A stretch of DNA of 53,709 bases. It comes from a virus (Duplodnaviria > Caudoviricetes). Where the stretch lies: positions 1 through 53,709 of the IMG/VR virus record IMGVR_UViG_3300044999_000048, one strand, 5' to 3'. Positions 1 to 6,612 of this stretch are shown here, one piece after another (the first letter of the stretch is position 1; each line of letters opens with the position of its first letter). The position numbers and the translations under genes are program-made. The notes beneath the pieces are model-generated. The model did no database searches. It saw only the letters and a list, made by a program, of their open reading frames with translations, and was not told the DNA's origin.

Positions 1-1305
1 CTTCGCTAGTTCACGCAAAAACGCAGCACCAAGGTACTTCGAGCACTCCGCCTGGCTCTTCACAATCCGCTCGAGCGCTGAATTGTCATCCCGGTTGTCC
101 AAAATTCGCAGGAACGCCAGCAAGTCTTTGACCTCTGCGCGATTAAAAAACGAGCACGCCCCTAACACAATATAGGGAATTTCCTTCCGGAACAGCGCTT
201 CCTCGAGCAGGCACGCTTGCCGATTGGTCCGGTAAAGAACAGCAAAGTCGCCCTCGCCTTTCGCACGCCACTTAGCGATAGAGTCCGTCACCCACTCCGC
301 TTCACCGTTGTCGGTCGCAAATTCCACAAATTCCGGCATTCCTTCAGTAGGCTCTGAATGTTTGCGGAACGGAAAAATCTTCTCCAAAAACCCCGCGATC
401 AACGAAGGACAGCCCGTGATGGTTTCCTTGTAGAGGCTTACAATATGAGGCAACGACCGGTAGTTGGTTGCCAGAAAAAACTTCTGGTGCTCCGGAAAAT
501 ATTTCCCAAAGTCTAGACAGATGCGGTAGTCAGCGCCTCGCCAACTGTAGATGGCTTGGTTGCTATCACAGACCGCTAGAAAGTTATCCTGGGGAGCCGC
601 AATAGCTTTAGCCACGCCCATCTGCACTTTATCGGTGTCATGGAATTCGTCGATCATCAGGTACTCACACCGCGCCTGCTCGGCCAGGAGTACCGCGCGC
701 TTGTCGCGCAGCAGGCGCCAGGCCAGAAAAATCATGTCGTCAAAGTCTAGGATCCCCAACTTTTGTTTCTCGGCCTCGAATAACGAATAGGCCAGCGCGT
801 ACACATCATTAGGGTCCTGAGCCAACGCCTGGTCGCAATCGATATCCTCGCGCTTTTTCAGGGAAATGTACGACCGCAAAATCTTGACGTGCAGCTTGGT
901 CCCGAGCTGCTCCCGGTTGCTGGCCGTCATCCGCAGAATTCTCGACGTCGCGGCCAGATCGATCGGCGCATAGGACAGTTTGAACGGCAACTGATTGCGA
1001 TTCCGCAGAATTAGTCGATAGCCAAGGCTGTGAAACGTTGAAATAGTGGCTTTTAGATCGTCCGGCTCCATGCCAATTAGCTTGCCAACACGCACACGCA
1101 TTTCCTCAGCCGCGTTGTTGGCAAAAGTAATCGCGAGAATCGAACGTACCGGATGGCCTTCGTGGATCAACCGAGCTACGCGATGCGTTAGAAGCCTCGT
1201 TTTACCGCTGCCCGGGCCCGCAACGCAAAGAGCCGCACCTTTATCGAACAGCGCAGCCTCACGCTGGTACTGGTCCAGCCCATCGAGATTGAATGCGGCG
1301 GTCAT
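1..1305 (-). CDS. UvrD/Rep/PcrA-family SF1 helicase (3' end runs off the window)
   Basis: Manual translation from ATG 1305: MTAAFNLDGLDQYQREAALFDKGAALCVAGPGSGKTRLLTHRVARL...ILAITFAN; later LMIDEFHD, QAIYSWRGA, LATNYRS and AVLYRTN motifs. Missing from the ORF track because no stop lies in the window. Confidence 0.93.
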   Translation of the reverse strand, partial: MTAAFNLDGLDQYQREAALFDKGAALCVAGPGSGKTRLLTHRVARLIHEGHPVRSILAITFANNAAEEMRVRVGKLIGMEPDDLKATISTFHSLGYRLILRNRNQLPFKLSYAPIDLAATSRILRMTASNREQLGTKLHVKILRSYISLKKREDIDCDQALAQDPNDVYALAYSLFEAEKQKLGILDFDDMIFLAWRLLRDKRAVLLAEQARCEYLMIDEFHDTDKVQMGVAKAIAAPQDNFLAVCDSNQAIYSWRGADYRICLDFGKYFPEHQKFFLATNYRSLPHIVSLYKETITGCPSLIAGFLEKIFPFRKHSEPTEGMPEFVEFATDNGEAEWVTDSIAKWRAKGEGDFAVLYRTNRQACLLEEALFRKEIPYIVLGACSFFNRAEVKDLLAFLRILDNRDDNSALERIVKSQAECSKYLGAAFLRELAK

Positions 1306-1883
1306 AGATCGTCTAGCGCGTCTTGCGCCTGCGACTCCAGATTTGGAGTCGCTTGCTTGATGTCCTCTTCGAGGTCAACCACCGGGCTATCCGGAACTTC
1401 GACGGTGGCTTCATTAACTTCCGGTTGCCCGTTTTTCGGCTTTCCGGCCAGCCGTTTTTCCAGTTCGTCGCCGCCCAGGTGATCAAAACCTTTTACGTCA
1501 AACCGCAGCATTCCGCTTTCATCTGGAGCAACATTCACGAGAACTTTTCCGTGCAGCCCGGCAACCTCGTTACGCCGGATCGTTGGCTTGCCAGAGGCCA
1601 GCAACTCTTCCGGATAGCCGAATTTCTTCAAAAAGTACAGGCACCAGGACTGCGCCCGCGGATTCAGGTAAATCCGGAAGTTGAATTCCGTCCCTGTATG
1701 CGGATCCGGCTGACCGTTCGGAGGATCTTCCACGATGGCGTCCAGAAGCATATAAGGCTTCGTTTCACCCTCTTTGACCGATTCTCGAAACAGGCAGTTT
1801 TTTAGATACACGGTCCAGATGTGCATCCCAACTTCTACCTGCTTTTCAGACCACTGCGGTTGAAACTCTTCACGTTCGGCCAT
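1302..1883 (-). CDS. Putative single-stranded DNA-binding protein
   Basis: 193 aa with a very acidic C-terminal tail (...VVDLEEDI...DALDDL); sits between an annealing-protein-like gene and a helicase; ATGA overlap with the helicase start. Confidence 0.5.
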   Translation of the reverse strand: MAEREEFQPQWSEKQVEVGMHIWTVYLKNCLFRESVKEGETKPYMLLDAIVEDPPNGQPDPHTGTEFNFRIYLNPRAQSWCLYFLKKFGYPEELLASGKPTIRRNEVAGLHGKVLVNVAPDESGMLRFDVKGFDHLGGDELEKRLAGKPKNGQPEVNEATVEVPDSPVVDLEEDIKQATPNLESQAQDALDDL

Positions 1884-1892
1884 TTCACTCTC

Positions 1893-3089
1893 CTAAGCCG
1901 TCGGCGGCTGATCGGAAACCGTGGCGAGCAGGTCCGCGTAGGCCGTTTCTACCGCCTTAAAGTCTGCAGAAAGCCCTTCGTTGCGCACAAACGCTGTGAC
2001 CGCGTTCATCCCGGTCGGCCAAGTCATTGCTGCGACCCGTTCGAGCGCGTTCAGGGCCACGATCTTTTGCCCCTCGGGCGCGCCCTTCAGGTCTTCGACC
2101 CGCAAGATACGCTTCAGGAAGAACACGAGTTGGTCGGGCGACGATTGCACCTTCGCCGCGAGTTCCCGGGCCCAGGTCTTGAGATCTTTCTTCTGCTTGC
2201 CGTTGGTGCCGGTCGGCTCCATGGGCGGAATATTCGCCTTGGGAGGGCCCGAGGGCGCCGCTTGCGCGGCTGGCTGGGCAGTTTCCTTGGGCGGCTGTTT
2301 CTTAGCTGCAGGAGCCTAGGCAGGCGGAGATGTTGCAGCTTTTGCCGGCTGCGCGGGCGCTTGGGCAGGAGCGACAGTTCTCGGCTCTTCCGCCCCGGGC
2401 TCGAGATCTTCCATATCTTGTGTGAACAGACCAGAGCTGCGTGTGGCAGAAAGAACCGCGCTGACCTTTGAGCGCTTCAAGGACATCTTCAAAATTGTAT
2501 TTTTTGAGTCGCTCATGTCAGGATTCAAGACACGGCCTATCGTTTGCTCGGTAATCCGTTTATCGCCGTCCAAAAACTTTGATCCGCAACCACCTTTTTT
2601 GGCAAAACACAGCCAACCGCCTCCGTATTCTTCCCGGCCCTTAATGATGGCTTCGGCACCACACGCCGGACATTTCCGCTTTCCTTCCCGCCAGCGATAT
2701 TTGCTTTCGTAGGAATTGCAATTTCCGAGTCCAGACGCAACAAAAATGCCGGACCCTTTTTTGGTGAGGTTGCACTTCATCGTGTAATCAAACAAGCCAC
2801 GGTCGTAGTCCTCAACTTGTTGAACGATCACGTAATCGTCGGCAAGTCCGTAAATCTCACAAAGTTTGTCCGCGCCAGGCTTGTACAAAGTCGGTTTTTG
2901 CGTTCCAGGAATCACGCCATAGTCTTCATTTTCAACAAGGTATTCCTGAACAAACTCACGAAACTCTTTCAACCGTTGCTTGGCAACTGCCAGATTCATT
3001 ACTGGAGCAATCAGGTAAGCATCGGTATCCACCATGCGCTGAAGCTGTTGTCCACCAACTTCAACGATTGCCTCTTTCGGTGTACTCAT
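1893..3089 (-). CDS. Putative phage ssDNA-annealing/recombination protein with Zn-ribbon insert; interrupted by in-frame TAG at 2316-2318
   Basis: KPTLYKPGADKL, CPACG...CFAKKGGCG and NTILKM..KRSKV.AVL...FTQDMED motifs. ORFs 2316..3089 and 1893..2222 are in frame and joined by a continuous Pro/Ala/Gln linker across one TAG. Strong SD (GGAGGAGG) before ATG 3089. Confidence 0.6.
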
Positions 3090-3111
3090 TTCTTCCTCCT
3101 CCTATAAATTA

Positions 3112-3256
3112 AAACCATACCTCACCAAACCTTACCGCAGCCGACCTTAGCTTGCCGCACTATGCCTTACCAAACCACACCGTGGCTTACCTTGCCACAC
3201 CTGAACTTGGCAGACCAAAGCTCACCTCACCATAGCGTGCCGCACCGAACCCTACC
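3112..3256 (-). repeat. Array of 29 in-register GGY-NN pentamers (candidate guide RNA), downstream of the Cas7-like gene
   Basis: Minus strand GGTAG GGTTC GGTGC GGCAC GCTAT GGTGA ... GGTAT GGTTT. 21/29 units start with exact GGY, position 3 is always a pyrimidine, and there are no indels. Confidence 0.92.
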
Positions 3257-3860
3257 GCGAAACTTCAAACCTAGTGACAGCGTAACGACCAAATGTCGGA
3301 CGAAAATCTCCAACACCGATTAATCGTCCTCCTGCCTGGATCGTCTCGTTCAGCAACGCAGGAGAAATGTATTCAGGCAGCAAAACCTGAAAATCGAAAC
3401 CCACTCTCCAGCCAGAAAGAAGCCCGGGCCGATGACGAGTAATTCCGTTGCGCTGGATCATCACGCGCCGGCGATCAACAAAATCCCATTCTTTCTTGCC
3501 GACAGAGCACAGATCGGTAAGATTTGCGATTCCGGCCTTGAACAAATCCATAGCCGACTTACGTGGCGAGCGCGGGTCTTGCTTGTATTTCGCGGCGTTG
3601 ACTACCGTCATCCGAAAATATTCGGTTGGAATCGAAAGAAATCCTCTCTCGTCTCGGTAAACGTAAGATTCAAGGTCATCTTCCTTTTTGGCCTTGGAGC
3701 CTTTCGCAGCCTTCGATTTCGCGTCAATTCCATCAACCGACCAACGATGGAAAAGAAACGCAGCCGTGCCCTCGACTTCTATGTGCGCGATGTACGGAAC
3801 TTCAATTGCGCTTGCGCCATCGTTTGAAACATCGCTCAGAATTGCCGCCTTTTGTGTCAT
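3252..3860 (-). CDS. Stand-alone Cas7/RAMP-like protein (Vipr-like), 202 aa
   Basis: N-terminal strand IEVEGTAAFLFH, LSIPTEYFRM..VNAA helix, RHRP and a C-terminal Gly-rich loop GRLIGVGDFRPTFGRYAV typical of RAMP folds. True start is ATG 3860 with SD GGAGAGG; the ORF track extension to 3998 merely translates the repeat array. Confidence 0.75.
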   Translation of the reverse strand: MTQKAAILSDVSNDGASAIEVPYIAHIEVEGTAAFLFHRWSVDGIDAKSKAAKGSKAKKEDDLESYVYRDERGFLSIPTEYFRMTVVNAAKYKQDPRSPRKSAMDLFKAGIANLTDLCSVGKKEWDFVDRRRVMIQRNGITRHRPGLLSGWRVGFDFQVLLPEYISPALLNETIQAGGRLIGVGDFRPTFGRYAVTRFEVSR

Positions 3861-3885
3861 TTTGTGATCCTCTCCGTTTTTAATT

Positions 3886-4025
3886 TGACCACACCTTGCC
3901 AAGCCGAACCGCAGCCCACACGACCTGACCATGCCCGACCATACCGAACCGCACCCTGCCAATGCGGGCCATGCCACACACAACCAAAACCCGCCCAACC
4001 CTACACTGCCTCGCCTTACCTAACC
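3886..4025 (-). repeat. Array of 28 in-register GGY-NN pentamers (candidate guide RNA), upstream of the Cas7-like gene
   Basis: Minus strand GGTTA GGTAA GGCGA GGCAG TGTAG GGTTG ... GGCAA GGTGT GGTCA; 22/28 exact GGY; ends in an AT-rich run followed by the SD. Confidence 0.92.
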
Positions 4026-4032
4026 ACGACAT

Positions 4033-4046
4033 CTCCAAATTTGGAG
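4033..4046. promoter_or_regulatory. CTCCAAATTTGGAG palindrome (one of 15 copies in the window)
   Basis: Perfect 14-bp palindrome immediately 5' of the upstream pentamer array; see findings for all copies. Confidence 0.75.
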
Positions 4047-4067
4047 ACTTGCCTTGTCTGAATAAGG

Positions 4068-4096
4068 TTTTTACAGTGACGCTTGCTGTTTGTCAA
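4068..4096 (-). promoter_or_regulatory. Leftward sigma70-like promoter for the array/Cas7-like/recombination operon
   Basis: TTGACA-17 nt-TAAAAA on the minus strand; spacer contains AACAGCAAGCG. Confidence 0.5.
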
Positions 4097-4146
4097 GCAA
4101 AATTATCGCGGTTGCTGTTTTTAGGAAACTACACCAATTACCCGAA

Positions 4147-4176
4147 TTGCCAAACCGTTCTCGCTTGCTGTATATT
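4147..4176 (+). promoter_or_regulatory. Rightward sigma70-like promoter, probably giving a leaderless mRNA
   Basis: TTGCCA-18 nt-TATATT with ATG at 4183, 6 nt after the -10, and no SD. Confidence 0.55.
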
Positions 4177-4182
4177 GGCCGC

Positions 4183-4389
4183 ATGAGAAAGAAACCCAAA
4201 CAAGATATGGTCAAGCTTGGCGAAAGTGGCGGTCACGCCACGCTCAAGAAACGAGGACGGAAATTCTTCTCCGAAATCTCCAAGAGGCGTAAAAACTTTA
4301 GCGGCGGGCGCCCTCCTAAAGACAAGGAAAACCATCCGTTAGAAAAAGACAAGCCCCGACCATCCCAAGTAGACGCATACGAAGATTAG
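4183..4389 (+). CDS. Small basic KGG-like protein, possible regulator (68 aa)
   Basis: MRKKPK...LGESGGHATLKKRGRKFFSEISKR resembles the KGG/GsiB repeat motif; first gene of the divergent unit. Confidence 0.5.
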   Translation: MRKKPKQDMVKLGESGGHATLKKRGRKFFSEISKRRKNFSGGRPPKDKENHPLEKDKPRPSQVDAYED

Positions 4390-4392
4390 GAA

Positions 4393-4983
4393 ATGGAAAG
4401 TTACACGATCCCGGAATTCGCAAAAAAATACGGCTTCACCGTTCAAACCGTTTCCCGACAAATCGCACAAAATAACCTAAGCACCGTCACCGTTGATGGC
4501 GTGCTACACGTGTGGGATCCGTGGAGCGACCCTCAAACCGGCACGAACACAGCGGAAGACATCTACATGCTCCGCGGCGTTGAGGTGGCTGAGATCCTCG
4601 GCATCACCACCCGCGCGCTACGCTACCACGTTGCCGGCGGGGGAATGCCTGGGAAGGAATGTATTGGCGGGAAAATCGCTTGTGTGTGGATTGGGAAGCA
4701 GCGACGCTACTGCCTGGCCGACGTCCGGCGTTTTATTGCCGCTCGGATGGAGAAAAGAGTTGGTCGAAGCCGGGTGCGCGCGGGAATCGTCGAGTGGGCG
4801 CTCGAGCGACTCGCGAATCCGGAACAGTCCATCCCCAAAAATCCAAGAGCCGAGCCCGGGATTACCAAGTGTTCGGAAAACCACCGCCACGTTCGAACCG
4901 GCTACATCGTTGCAAAACAAGGACACAGCAGGAAAAAAGGAAGCGGCAAACTCCGCGCCGCTCTTAACCGGCCGCCAACCTAA
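4393..4983 (+). CDS. Tandem HTH DNA-binding protein (excisionase/MerR-like)
   Basis: Two HTH-like segments: YTIPEFAKKYGFTVQTVSRQI and MLRGVEVAEILGITTRALRYH...QRRYCLADVRRFI. Confidence 0.7.
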   Translation: MESYTIPEFAKKYGFTVQTVSRQIAQNNLSTVTVDGVLHVWDPWSDPQTGTNTAEDIYMLRGVEVAEILGITTRALRYHVAGGGMPGKECIGGKIACVWIGKQRRYCLADVRRFIAARMEKRVGRSRVRAGIVEWALERLANPEQSIPKNPRAEPGITKCSENHRHVRTGYIVAKQGHSRKKGSGKLRAALNRPPT

Positions 4984-4994
4984 AAGGAGGTCCT

Positions 4995-5426
4995 ATGAAC
5001 CGTCGAGATTTGCTGAAGTCGCTTACTGCGTTGCCGGCGCTTGCGCCCCTGATACGCCTTGAGGAAAGCCCGACCAAACCAAAAAGTGAAGCGTCCTTTG
5101 AAGACTGGAAAATTCGCTGGTACGGGTGGTCAAAACCGGTGAATCAGCACGTTTTAATTGGCTATTGGTATGCCATCAACGAAAAAAGAAAGCTAATGGC
5201 CTACTCCTCTTGCCCGGGAAATGTGGGGTACATTTTTGAACTGCAATTGATGGATACCTGCGTTCAAGAAGACCAAATCATAATCCATCCAGATACGCCA
5301 ATTTTCGTCGCCGAAGAACAACAGAAAAAAGCCCTAGAAAAACTGATTCACTTTCTCAAGACGGAACAGCCACCCAATTCAGGCTTGAGAACGCGCACCG
5401 CATCACCCTTCAGCGGGAAATACTAA
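4995..5426 (+). CDS. Hypothetical protein with twin-arginine-like N-terminus
   Basis: MNRRDLLKSLTALPALAP; SD AGGAGG. Confidence 0.6.
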   Translation: MNRRDLLKSLTALPALAPLIRLEESPTKPKSEASFEDWKIRWYGWSKPVNQHVLIGYWYAINEKRKLMAYSSCPGNVGYIFELQLMDTCVQEDQIIIHPDTPIFVAEEQQKKALEKLIHFLKTEQPPNSGLRTRTASPFSGKY

Positions 5427-5632
5427 CCGGCCGCTGACGTAGAAGGCGGTAGAACGCCCTTCGAGTTGGCGATGATCGTATCCCAGGTTCGATCTGCGTC
5501 GTCTAAGATTTGCGCCGTTGTCTGCGTGTGCGAGTTTGACATCACGCCCTTGATATCGACGACCGTTTTCGCCAGCAAGCCTGCAAGCTGTTCTGCCAAA
5601 ATCACCAAGCCCATAATTTCTTTCGGATCCAT
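5423..5632 (-). CDS. Small hypothetical protein
   Basis: 69-aa amphipathic ORF directly downstream of the lipoprotein gene. Confidence 0.55.
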   Translation of the reverse strand: MDPKEIMGLVILAEQLAGLLAKTVVDIKGVMSNSHTQTTAQILDDADRTWDTIIANSKGVLPPSTSAAG

Positions 5633-5637
5633 GTTTC

Positions 5638-6054
5638 CTACTTTCCGGCTATGGCGTAAATAACGCTCAGAGCCCCTTCGGTACCCGTCAAAATCGTGCT
5701 AATCGTCAAGCGTGTGTTGGGATTCGAAATCCCGACGAGGTCTCGGTCGTTCAGTTGCTTGAAAGCGTCCAGAAAAGCGTTCACGACCGGCAAAATCTCC
5801 GTCGTGGTTTGGTTCGCCCGGATCGACGCATCGAGCGTTTTTCCCACCGTGGCAATTCGCACGAGATCAGCGTTAAGTTTGGCGCAGGTTGCCCCGTCAA
5901 TTTGTGGCGGGTTAGCGCTACAGGCAAGGGCAATCCCTTGCTGCGCGTCCGCCATGGCGTGACTGATCGTGTCAGAAGCGACCGCAAGGCCCTGAGCGCC
6001 TTTCGGACAACCGGAGAGCAGCAAGACAAGCGGCAGTAAAAACAGTTTCTTCAC
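5638..6054 (-). CDS. Lipoprotein (possible spanin/lysis accessory)
   Basis: MKKLFLLPLVLLLSGC lipobox; SD GGAGG before GTG. Confidence 0.7.
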   Translation of the reverse strand: MKKLFLLPLVLLLSGCPKGAQGLAVASDTISHAMADAQQGIALACSANPPQIDGATCAKLNADLVRIATVGKTLDASIRANQTTTEILPVVNAFLDAFKQLNDRDLVGISNPNTRLTISTILTGTEGALSVIYAIAGK

Positions 6055-6114
6055 GTTTCACCTCCCGGCGCACAGTATCACAGATCTGCGCTCGGAAAGA
6101 TGGAAAACATATCG

Positions 6115-6591
6115 CTATGTGTGGATGTCGCCATTCTGGATGAAGCCGTGCCAGTGACAGGCCGGATCGCTATGTGTGACTTGCAGCGACGGAGCGGCCG
6201 TCAACGTGTTCTCTTCGGCTGAGCCCGACCAGTTCCAGCAGGAACCAACTCCGCTATGTACGCAGGACTCGTAATTCACCGTCTGACCGGTCTTTGTATC
6301 CACGTAGGACCGCTGTACCTTCTGATTGCAGTTGCCCGCGGTAGTCCAGTTGTGAACGTGCCCGCATCCTGGGCAGCAAATCGCGTAACCTGCGATCGCT
6401 CCTTCCGGCTCGCCTTCGTTGTGATGCCAATGAATACGCCACACGTCGCCGGGTTCGGCTTTAGGAACAGCTTCCCATTCTTTCCTGTCTTCCTCAGAAA
6501 TTGGGCCCCAACTGTGATATGTCTCCAAGGTGTAACCGAAATTCTTAAGGTCAGCGAAATGCCAACCGTCAGTTCTGAAACGCATTTTCAT
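6115..6591 (-). CDS. DUF6527-like Cys/His protein
   Basis: CPGCG.VH...WNWSGS...TLTAAPSL...CHWHGFIQNG pattern. Confidence 0.55.
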   Translation of the reverse strand: MKMRFRTDGWHFADLKNFGYTLETYHSWGPISEEDRKEWEAVPKAEPGDVWRIHWHHNEGEPEGAIAGYAICCPGCGHVHNWTTAGNCNQKVQRSYVDTKTGQTVNYESCVHSGVGSCWNWSGSAEENTLTAAPSLQVTHSDPACHWHGFIQNGDIHT

Positions 6592-6612
6592 TGGGACTCC
6601 AAATCTGGAGTT

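Noticed and set aside
3861-3998. 46-aa N-terminal extension of the Cas7-like ORF and overlapping plus-strand ORFs
   Set aside because: These are just translations of the GGY-NN array; ATG 3860 has a strong SD.
3112-4025. Pentamer arrays as a CRISPR array or simple microsatellite
   Set aside because: There are no 23-50-nt repeats with spacers, and the units are not identical copies: only positions 1-3 are constrained.
4066-4074. Self-target of the downstream array (GT AA AA AC matches GTAAAAAC near the leftward -10)
   Set aside because: Only 8 contiguous nt match and the flanking dinucleotides do not; compatible with chance.
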